A DNA stretch of 64,000 bases. Source: Octopus vulgaris. Its lineage: Eukaryota. The position numbers and the translations under genes are program-made. Shown here piece by piece: positions 13,582 to 23,885 of this stretch. The notes beneath the pieces are model-generated. The model was not told the origin of the DNA. It saw nothing but the letters and a program-made list of their open reading frames with translations, and searched no databases. Within the stretch, counting starts at the first letter, position 1. The number at the start of each line of letters is the position of its first letter. The stretch lies in the NCBI GenBank assembly GCA_951406725.2, contig OX597815.1, forward strand, positions 84,010,001 to 84,074,000, in the 5' to 3' direction.

Positions 13582-13586
<5 letters not shown>

Positions 13587-14465
13587 AGATCGAAAGTAAC
13601 TCGTATTTTAAAATACTCATAATTTATTCATAAACTATAATTTTTGGAAAAAATGAATATGTGAAGAAAGCGTACAGCATTCAGTTTTATTTAAAGTTCG
13701 ATATAGTCATCAGCTATATTCGCCCATCAGCTTCTCAAGCTACCCGGTAACTGCATCAACTGATATCACCAGGAACTCTTGTGGGATAAAAGACATAACT
13801 TCTCGTATTTGTCCTTCAAATTCTCTCAAAGTCGTTGGTTTGCTAGAGTAGTTTGCTCCTTTGTCCAACCCGTAATAAAAAAAAGTTGCAGGGTATTAAA
13901 TCAGGGATTCTGGTCGGCCAATCATGTGAACTTCGACGACCCATCCATCTTCCAAGTAATTGGGCATTCAGCCATTCACGAACAAGAATAGCAAAATGTG
14001 GTGAAGCGCCATCTTGCATAAAAATCAAATCTTCAATATTCTCCCATATACTGATAACTGGTCAAGTTTCAACTTGCAGGATAGTGAGGTACTTTTCAGC
14101 ATTCATTGGTATTGGAAAGGATGAAAGGACCCACAGTCCTGTCCGAAGTCATTCCACCCAATGCCGTTACCTTGGGCTGATTATGCATTTTCAGAGGTAA
14201 TACGAAGATCTTCTCCTGCCCAGTAGTGGCAGTAGTGACGGTTCACAAACCCACCGATGTGGAATACTGTTTCATCACTCCAGAGAATAATTTTAAAGAG
14301 ATCAGAGCTGGTTCGTAGGACTTCTAAATTTCAGACACAATAATCGATCTGAAAAAAAAAGTAACAAAATAGAATCAATCCTCATACATTAAAGAACATA
14401 CACAACAAATTTGAAGAAAATTGTAGTTAATAAATCAATTATAAGTATTGTAGAAAAAGCGAGGT
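13582..14465 (-). mobile_element. internally deleted Tc1/mariner (maT/DD37D-like) transposon
   Basis: Peptides IILWSDETVFHIGGFVNRHYCHYW and IFMQDGASPHF...REWLN...GRWMGR...DWPTRIPDLIPCNFFL (WPPRSPDLTPCDFFLWG motif); imperfect TIRs ~13597-13650 and ~14412-14465; left end abuts (TA)n. Confidence 0.85.
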
Positions 14466-14478
14466 GTGTGTGTGTGTG

Positions 14479-14985
14479 GAGGCGCAATGGTCCAGTGGTT
14501 AGGGAAGCGCACTCGCGGTGTTAGGATTGCGGTTTCGATTTCCCAGACCGGGCATTGTTAGTGTTTATTGAGCAAAAACACCTAAAGCTCCACGAGGCTC
14601 CGGCAGGGAGTGGTGGTGAACCCTGCTGTATTCTTTCATCACAAATTTCTCTCACTGTTTCTTTCCATTTCTGTTGTACCTGTATTTCAATGGGCCAGCT
14701 CTGTCACATTCTGTGGCACGCTGGATCTCCCTGTTAAGGGTACACGTGTCTGTGAAATGCTCGGCCACTTGCACGTAAATAAATGAGCTGCGACGTCACT
14801 GGTGCCAAGCTGTATCGGCCTTTGCCTTTCCCTTGGATAACATTAGTGGCGTGGAGAGGGAAGGCTGGTATGCATGGGCGACTGCTGGTCTTCCATAAAC
14901 AACCTTGCCCGGACTTGTGCCTCGGAGGGTAACATTCTAGGTGCAATCCCATGGTCATTGATAACCGAAGGGGGTCACAATAAAT
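14479..14985 (+). mobile_element. composite SINE: family C head and body joined to family D tail
   Basis: GGAGGCGCAATGGTCCAGTGGTTAGG...AAACACCTAAAGCTCCACGAGGCTCCGGCAGG (as at 26514 and 37363), then from ~14785 GTCACTGGTGCCAAGCTG...CCCATGGTCAT (as at 6310-6490). Confidence 0.78.
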
Positions 14986-15840
14986 ATATATATATATATA
15001 TATTTTACACCCTTGAAGCCAACAATCAAAATGAAGTGCAATTTATTATTGTCAAATCTTCAGATTGTTCACCCTTTACTATTCCAAACTAGTCAGACAG
15101 TAAATATAAGGACGACCAATTGGAGTTTTCTATCACATACATTTTCTCATGCAGCTTCCAACCAAGTGTTTTTCTATGGGACGTACAACTTGATAATGGA
15201 GAAGCTAGCTGCTTAAGCTGGACTCTAGTTACAATTATTACAACAAATAGCTGTTGGCAGTTTGATAAATTATGGGCGTTGTGAGTAGCAGCAGATTAAT
15301 TCTATCGCTGTTGGGAAGCAATGCCTTTAAACCGAGAGATGCTTGAATTGTTTTGCTGCTAACGTTTAAATGTCTAAATGAGAGGGAATGATTTGGTAGA
15401 ATAAATTCACATTGAAACAGACTCCACCCTTTTTACAAGATACTCGATGTAGGCTTTTATTACCCTTGCTATGTGTATATCAATATAAGTGCATGTGTTT
15501 GTGTGTGTGCTCGTGTGTGTGTTCATGTGTATGCCTACGTGTTAATGCCTATTTATATTTGCCGCCGTATTTTTATATATAAACAGCTCATATCTATATT
15601 ATAATAAAGAATGATATGGAACGAACGTAGCAATGGGGAACATATCTGTTAAATAAACGTGTCCGTGAATGAAAGTGCATTTGAAGGTGATGAATGCAGT
15701 TGCAATGATTTCATATGTCAACAAAAGGCTCGAGTGACATATTTTAATTGTAACGCATTTTATGATGATGATTATGATCAGATATATGTATGTATGTATC
15801 TATATATATATATATGTATATATGTATATATATATATACA

Positions 15841-16238
15841 TGTTCAGCTTTCGGTAATGGGAGGGGAATATATGTGTACATACAGAGACAAGTTTCAAAA
15901 GCCTTGTTTAGTGAGGGGATTTATGTACAGTGATGAAATCGTGAATTGAATTATATAAAAAGATAAAAGTTGGTTCATTACCGAAAACTGAAAAGTTATC
16001 TCCCTTATCCACAACAATAAAAATTATATGGACAACCAATTATCTCCCTTTATTTATTTATTTGTGAAGTCATTCACTCGTGAATTTCATCACACACAAC
16101 ATGGACAAAATTTCTTCTTAAGAAAAAATATATATTCAAATAACTAAAACATAATATCGTGAATAGCGATAGCGAAACCGGTCGATATATTAAAAATTAT
16201 ATTAAAACTATGTAAGTGTGCGTATTTTCCTTTTTTAA

Positions 16239-16243
<5 letters not shown>
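15841..16243 (+). mobile_element. short non-coding retroelement with hammerhead-like motif, 5'-inverted copy
   Basis: 15841-15975 matches 51433-51574 directly; 15976-16243 matches 51185-51451 as reverse complement; flanked by (TA)n. Confidence 0.8.
16154..16188 (+). ncRNA. minimal type-I hammerhead ribozyme-like motif (variant core)
   Basis: ATATC-GTGAATA-GC(GATA)GC-GAAA-C(CG)G-TC-GATAT: perfect 5-bp stem I, 2-bp stem II, palindromic ACCGGT stem III, GUC cleavage triplet. Confidence 0.6.
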
Positions 16244-16282
<39 letters not shown>

Positions 16283-16666
16283 AATGTGAGGGTTTTAATT
16301 CACTGGTAATCTAAAGAAATCGGTAAGCTTTGTAAGTACTATAATTGCTCATATTTTAGGTTCCAGGTTCACAGATGTGGCTGCAGCTAGGGATCTGTAG
16401 TAGGCAGGTATATATTAGAAGAAAAACGACAACAAAAATCTAAGGCATTTAAAATATTTAATTAGAGGAAGGTGAATTTGAAGTAATTAATTAATTACTT
16501 GATGTCTTTAAGGTGTTTCTGCGATATCCCAAGTGATAGGGTAGCATCTCCATACACTAGGTATTCTGTCATTATAGACAAGGTTAGTATGCATGAAAGT
16601 GCTAGACAGAGAATTTACAGTTTACAAAGGAATAAAATTGTAGACAAAAGAATAAAAAGTAAAACA

Positions 16667-16709
<43 letters not shown>

Positions 16710-16710
<1 letters not shown>

Positions 16711-16976
16711 GTTTCTTTATTGGCCACACAGGGCTGCACACAGATGGGACAAGTTACAAGGTAGAGCTTTTCTTTTGGGGGATGAAAAAAAGGGGGTGGC
16801 GTAGGTTTTCGATCAAGAGGGATCGTAAAAGGGAAGAAAAGAACAAAAAAAGAAAAAAAGAAAAAAATAGAATAAAAAATAAAAAGAATAAAAGAAAAAA
16901 AAAGAAAGGGAAAGGAACAAAAGAAAAGAGAAATGAAAAAAGAAGAAAAAGGGGAAAAAAAGGGGAAGAGGAAAAA

Positions 16977-16980
<4 letters not shown>
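16710..16980 (-). mobile_element. 3' UTR of a LINE (L1/Tx1-like) inserted in (GATA)n
   Basis: Minus strand: pyrimidine-rich tract then CTTGTAACTTGTCCCATCTGTGTGCAGCCCTGTGTGGCCAATAAAGAAAC; (GATA)n on both sides; clade assignment is inference. Confidence 0.55.
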
Positions 16981-17065
<85 letters not shown>

Positions 17066-17224
17066 AGAATACAGACAGAAAAATAAAGTTCACAGCTCAT
17101 ATTCTTCCAAAGGGTATGGAGGATGGTCCGTACATCTGTGAGGATATAGGTCCTTTAGTATAATCCCAGGTAAATTTATGCAGATATATCATCATTCTAT
17201 ACTAGATGTATCATCATTCAGGAT

Positions 17225-17562
17225 CATAGATATAGCATGTCCAGCTGACAACAAGGTATGCGATAAGGAAAAAGAAAAGTCGATAGGTACGACAGGTTAG
17301 TTTGGTAGGTTAAGCAGTTGTGGTCGCTGAAAAAGGTGGTAGTAGTATCAATAATTGTTGGAGCCCTGGGAACAGTGAGTAAGAATGTTGAGAAATACAT
17401 GGAACTCATGGGGGCGGAACACTTGCAGAAAATAGCACTGGTTGAACCACTCGAATATTCCGGATGGTGGTCGAAAAATAAGGGGTGTTACCTTAGTTCA
17501 CTGGTAGTGAACAACTGGCACCTTAGTACATCTCCAGCGTTAGAAGCTGTGCAAAGACAATA
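17225..17562 (+). mobile_element. R4/Dong-type LINE 3' fragment (RLE C-terminus)
   Basis: IDIACPADNKVCDKEKEKVDRY...LWSLKKVVVVSIIVGALGTVSKN...EHLQKIAL, followed by AAC/AAT repeats. Confidence 0.8.
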
Positions 17563-17667
17563 AACAACAACAACAACAAGTAGAAGAAGGAGAAGAATAA
17601 CAATAACAACAATAACAACAACAACAACAATAATAATGATAATAATAATACTAATAATAATAATAAA

Positions 17668-19096
17668 CAATCAGCGACCTCTTATATATGGATGACATAA
17701 AATTATATGCTACGAATGATAAACTGCTGGAAACTCTACTACACACAGTACATGAAATTTGGCTTAGAAAAATGTGCCAAAACAACCTTGAAAAGAGGAA
17801 AACTAGTTAAGAGTGGCAACATTACACTAGACAAAGCCAATGAAATAAGAGAATTAGACCAAAGCCAGACATACAAATATATAGGAATCAATTAACTAGA
17901 TACAATGCAACATACGCAAATGAAAGAGAAAATAAAGAAAGAATACGATAGACGAGTTAGATCAATAATGAAAACAGAGCTCAATTCTAAAAACAAAATA
18001 ATAGGTAACAACACTTTAGCCGTCCCAGTTATATGTTACAGCTACAATATCCTGAACTGGACACTAAATGAACTAAGCAAAATAGATAGGAAAGTAAGAA
18101 AAATAATGGGAGGATCTAGGATGCACCACCCAAAACCTGACATACAAAGGCTATATATACAACGTATAGAAGGTAGTAGAGGCCTTATACAGCTGGAAAA
18201 CTATTATAAAATAACCACCATAGGACTGCAAAAATACCTACTTCAAAAGCAAGGAAAACTGATACAAATAGCCACAAAACACGAGGAAAACAAAAGACTG
18301 TTTTCAGTATTTTATTTTGATTGAGAAGCTCAGGACTCAAAGCAGAGACTGAATAATTTTTAATTGCTGCACAAGACCAAATCCTCCCCACCAGAAATTA
18401 CCAAAATCATGTAATGAAAAGAAACATAACAAGTAACTGCAGAATAAGTAGAGATGGACATGAAACAATAAATCATATTATCTCAGGCTGCCCAGTCCTG
18501 GCTAAGAATGAATATATTCACAGACACGTAAGTGTTGGGACCTATACACACTGGAAGCTATGCCAACACGATGAAAAGACAACAGAAACAAGATGATATA
18601 AGCACACAACAGAAAAGGTCACAGAAAACGAGAAAGCAACTATCCCATGGGATCAGCCAATACACACAGATAGAGAAATTAAGGCCAATAGGCCAGATAT
18701 AGTTGTCAGAGATCATGAAGAAAAATGCTTTCTAATTGATGTATCAGTACCAACAGATGACAACGTTTCTCTAAAAGAAATGGAGAAACTTTCAAAATAT
18801 AAAGACCTGGAAATAGAGGTAACTCGAATGTAAAATCTAAAACAGAAACAATTCTTATAGTAGGTGCATCAAGTATGAGCAAAAATATTCAGGCAAATGC
18901 ATAAAAAAAAACGCCAGGATTACAACTATATACAGCATAAAGAAAATTGTACTACTGGGCACTCTACACATTTTACGCAAAACACTTTCAATGCAGTAAC
19001 CATCAGAGCATCACAGCAACCCACAGCACATACCCAAGGCAGGCACACAGAGTGCGCTCGGTAGTGAAGTGAAAGAATGTTATAAAAATAAAACTA

Positions 19097-19100
<4 letters not shown>
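17668..19100 (+). mobile_element. 5'-truncated R4/Dong-type LINE (RT C-half, CCHC finger, RLE)
   Basis: LLYMDDIKLYA, MKFGLEKCA, YKYIG, MHHPKPDIQRLYIQRIEGSRGL, CRI...ETINHIISGCPVLAKNEYIHRH, ANRPDIVVRD...LIDVSVP; ends in (TAA)n at 19100-19185. Confidence 0.92.
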
Positions 19101-19186
<86 letters not shown>

Positions 19187-19187
<1 letters not shown>

Positions 19188-19733
19188 GCCCTGATGTAGT
19201 ACCAGGCAGTGACTCTCTGATCTTAACTGATTGGAAGTGTTATCATGTACATTGTTTTGTCTTGGTATAAAAGATGGGCTACAGCAAATATTCTGCTCAA
19301 TACCACAGAGTTGCTTGTCAGTTGTTTGACCTTAACCAGTTGAGCATGTCCCTTAGTGGCTGACGATATGTGCATCTCTGATCACGAGCAGAGGTAGTGG
19401 GGGAGCATCATAGCCATGTGTTGAGAGGGATTCTTTGGGGTTTGAATAGTTCACCTCTGGAAACATGGGTGGTTCTTTCAACATCCTTAAGCAACCCTCA
19501 TTTAGGGACCGTTTGAGCGGGATGGACTACTCAACCTGAAGAAAATTCTAACTGGGCCCCACCTGCAAGGTCATGTGCTGTTTATCTTGATATGAGATCA
19601 CCATGTCGCGCACATATGGTTGTGATGCATGTGCCTGGTGTACCTTTATCAGACGGGTAGTCATGATGGGTATATTGGGCTTCGTATATTTTACCCCAGT
19701 GTCACTTTGATGGCATGAACTGCTCTCTCACTC
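19187..19733 (+). mobile_element. ~550-bp non-coding (TAA)n-embedded interspersed element, copy 1
   Basis: Closely similar to 19779-20253 (+) and 31826-32327 (-); ends TGCTCTCTCACTC(AAT)n. Confidence 0.85.
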
Positions 19734-19778
19734 AATAATAATAATAATAATAATATTAATAATAATAATAATAATTGA

Positions 19779-20253
19779 TGCCTTGATGCAGTACCAGACA
19801 GTGGCTCTCACGGCTGCTGATCCTTAACTGATTGGAAGTGTTATCATGTGTATTGTTTTGACTTGGTATAAAAGGTGTGCTAGAGCAAATATTCTGCTCA
19901 ATACCACAGATTTGCTTGTCACTTGCTTGACCTTAATCAGTTGATCATGTCCCTTAGTGGGGGAGCATCATAGCCGTGTGTTGATAGGAATTCTTAGAGG
20001 TTTGGATAATTCACTTTTGGAAACATGGTCGATTCGATCAACATCCTTAAGCAGCCCTTATTCAGGGCCCTTTTGAGCGGGATGGACTACTCGACCAGAA
20101 GAAAATTCTAACTGGGCCCCACCTGTATGGTCATGCGCTGTTTATCCTGATATGAGATCACCATGTCGCGCACATATGGTTGTGATGCCTGTGCCTAGTG
20201 TACCCTTATCAGATGGGTAGTCATGATGGGTATACTAGGCTTCGTATATTTTA
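19779..20253 (+). mobile_element. same (TAA)n-embedded element, copy 2 (internal deletion, 3'-truncated)
   Basis: tandem with copy 1, separated only by (TAA)n. Confidence 0.85.
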
Positions 20254-20256
20254 TTA

Positions 20257-20307
<51 letters not shown>

Positions 20308-20857
20308 CCTTCTACTATAGGCACGTGGTACCTGCATTTTGAAGGTAGGCAGTCAGTCTATTACATCGATACCTATTTTATCGACCCGAAATACCAAAAC
20401 GCAAAATCAGCCGCTGCGGAATTTGAAATCAGAATATAAATACGGTTGAAATGCACCTGAGCATTTTGTCCAGATAGCCACCAAGCGGGCAATATCAAGG
20501 GGTAGGGATAAGTTGATTATATTGACCTCAGTATTTAACAGGTACTTTTTAGATAAACTCCGAAAGGTTGAAAAGCAAAATTTGACTTCTGCTGGATGTG
20601 AACTCAGAATCTAAAGAACCAATAGAAACGCCACAAAAGCATTTATCCGACGCACTAGCAATTCAAAACTAATTATGTAGTAGCGGAGAGGAACGGGTTG
20701 ACGTCAAGGCACATGCAAGATCTCCAACTTGCCCCGCTCGTATTATAAGGAAAGCATTTTCTGTACATGGCCTTTTGTTAAGTTTCAACGGCATGATGAA
20801 AAATTACAATAAAAGGAGTGTTTTATATCCAGACTTAGCAATAAAAGGGGAAAAAAT

Positions 20858-20950
20858 AGAAGAAGAAGAAGAAGAAGAAGAAGAAGAAGAAGAAGAAGAA
20901 GAAGAAGAAGAAGAAGAAGAAGAAGAAGAAGAAGAAGAAGAAGAAGAAGA
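20858..20950. repeat. (GAA)n microsatellite
   Basis: directly visible; another at 35463-35566. Confidence 0.97.
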
Positions 20951-22887
20951 GGGAACAATAACAACAACAGCAATAACTGCTATCTCTGCTACTGAGAATA
21001 ATGCTAATGATACTACAAATACTGACATTGCAATCGTCAATTTAGGAAGAAAAACCATCAGCCATTGCTGTCAGTAGTATCCAACGACACTACCACCACC
21101 ACCACTTCCACATTCACAATGCGTATCCTATCCCACCCCCTCTAACCTTCTCCCGTCAACGACCTCCTGCCATATCCAGCCGAGTTGTTTTAATGACATA
21201 TCCCCAACATCACAGTTGATTGTTCAATTATTGTCATCATTTCAGTCACGAAAGACGACAGCTCGATGTGTCAACTGTAACCATAGGAGTAGAACAACAA
21301 CGAAATGAACAAGAAAAAACAACAACAACAACAACAACAATAACAACAACAACAGCAATAATAATAATAATGATAATAATGATGATGATAAGAAGAAGAT
21401 TAATAGTCAATGCAACCGCAATAACAAAATGAAAGCAACAATAATGAAATGAATATCAAGATAGTAAGAACAATAACAACAACACTGCCGGGGACAATGT
21501 CAACGAGAGTTGACGAAGTTGATAACAAAAGCAATGAAAAACATCACTAAGACATGCAGCAACAGCAACGGCAACAACATGAATATAGGAAATCGCTGCA
21601 AATAACATCGTCGAACGAAATAAATAAATTAATAAATAAAGAAGAAAAATGACAAAGGATATCGGACGAGAGGTCATGTGGATATGTTTGAAGCTCGGTA
21701 GTGGTGGTGGTGGTGGGAGTGGTGGCGTTGGTGTCGGTGGTGGTCGTGGTGGTGGTGGTGGTGTTGCTGGTGGCTGCGGTGGTCGTGGTGGTGATCGTCG
21801 TCGAGGTCGTGGTGCTTTATGTGGTGTCAGTGGTGCTGGTGGTGGTGCTGATGGGGGGGAGTCTATGATATTTTAGCAATGGAGGTGTTGTTGGTGATGG
21901 TAACAGCAAAGTTAACGACAGGGGCGGTAATGGTGATGATGAATGTAACAGTTAAAGCAAAGATGGTGGCGGAGTTACTGACGATGATGGAGGAGGAGGT
22001 CGAACTCGTGGTGGTGGTGGTGGTGGTGGCGGTGGCGGTGGTGCTGGTGCTGGTGCTGGTGCTGGTGGTGGCGGCGGTGGTGATGGTACTTTGCTGCCTG
22101 TGATGGAAGTCGTAATAGCACTAGTGGTTCAGGAAACGGTAGTTTCGTGGTGGTTTCTATTAGTGGTGGCGTTAACGGTAGCGACGGTGGAAGTGGTGGC
22201 AGTATTATGTTTTGTAATCATTAGTTGCAGCGCCAGTATAGGAGGCGGCAACAAAAAACTGGAAAAACGATGGTGCATGCGATGATGATGGCTGTCATGC
22301 TCCCGGTGATTTTGACAGCTGTGGTCAGTGTGGTGACATTTGTGGGGGTCGAGTTAAGTACCGTTAAAATCGTGTTGATGAGCAAGCTATATGTGTGGTT
22401 ATGGTCGAGCCGCAGAGAGCGAACTGACGGTGGGAGTGGTGGTGATATTTATAGATCTGATCGTAGTGAAAGTGTATTTGTTGTGGGAGTGTTAACAGCG
22501 CATGCATTGGCTTTTTTAAAGTTTCTAGTTTTGGTGATGGCCGACGTAATACTGGTTAAATTATTCGAGGCTGAATCAGCGTTGAATTTAGTCAGGTGTT
22601 GATGACTGCGTTAATCGTTGGGGATGAGAAGAGTGATGGGTGAGGACAGTGATATATGTCTGCCGTAAATAATAGTTTAATAAAGTATATACTGGTCGTA
22701 TTTTCGAAATTTGTGCAGGGCCATAACTTAAAGAAAAGAAATGTAGAAGATAAAACTGTTAGCAGTTCATTACTGGCGCATATGATAAGGAAATGAGCCA
22801 GATATTCAGACCGCTGGAGGGAAAGAAGATGATGCTATGAGATATCACACTGCCATTCACCGCTGGATGCTCATGTCCTTATTTCGG

Positions 22888-22976
22888 AAACACCAGTAGG
22901 CCAATGAATGGAATTATGTAACTTATGTGCCTTTGTGACATATATTTACACACACACACACACACGTAGACGAACG

Positions 22977-23012
<36 letters not shown>

Positions 23013-23013
23013 C

Positions 23014-23098
<85 letters not shown>

Positions 23099-23277
23099 TA
23101 CACGCACATTCATCTTTTGCTTTCACTTGTTTTAGTCTTCAGACTGCTGCTATGCAAGGGCACCAACTTGAAAAATGCTTAGTAAACATACATGAGTGTG
23201 TGTGTGTGTCTGTGTGTAGATATATGTCACAAAGGCACATAAGTTACATAATTCCATTCATTGGCCTACTGGTGTTT
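22888..23277. repeat. perfect 58-bp inverted repeat (22888-22945 / 23220-23277)
   Basis: AAACACCAGTAGGCCAATGAATGGAATTATGTAACTTATGTGCCTTTGTGACATATAT and its exact reverse complement. Confidence 0.93.
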
Positions 23278-23364
23278 TGTATGTAAATATATATATATAT
23301 ATACATGTATACATGTATACACGTATATATGTGCATATATATTTGTAATATATATATATATATA

Positions 23365-23500
23365 CTTAGCGGTTCGGCAAAACAGACCGATAAAATAAGT
23401 ACTAGGCTTACAAAGAATAAGTCCTGGGGTCAAATTGCTTGACTACAGGCGGTGCTCCAGCATGGCCACAGTCAAATGACTGAAATAAGTAAAAGAGTAA
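23365..23500 (+). mobile_element. SINE family B, 3' tail fragment
   Basis: CTTAGCGGTTCGGCAAA...GGCGGTGCTCCAGCATGGCCACAGTCAAATGACTGAAATAAGTAAAAGAG. Confidence 0.8.
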
Positions 23501-23520
23501 TTCTTAATACTATTCAATGA

Positions 23521-23885
23521 TACTCTTTACTCTTTTACTTGTTTCAGTCATTTGACTGCGGCCATGCTTGAGCACCGCCTTTAGTCGATCAAATCGACCC
23601 CGGGACTTATGCTTTGTAAGCCCAGTACTTATTCTATCGGTCTCTTGTGCCGAACTGCTAAGTGACGGGGACGTAAACACACCAGCATCGGTTGTCAAGC
23701 AATGCTAGGGGGACAAACACAAACACATATATATATACATATATACGACAGGCTTCTTTCAGTTTCCGTCTACCAAATCCACTTACAAGGCATTGGTCGG
23801 CCCGAGGCTATAGCAGAAGACATTTACCCAAGATGCCACGCAGTGGGACTGAACCCGGAACCATGTGGTTGGTTAGCAAACTACT
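23521..23885 (-). mobile_element. SINE family B (5' tip missing)
   Basis: near-identical to 55527-55902. Confidence 0.85.

Noticed and set aside
21690-22600. Gly/Val-rich ORFs in a GGT-rich region
   Set aside because: Decayed (GGT)n/(GAT)n low-complexity sequence
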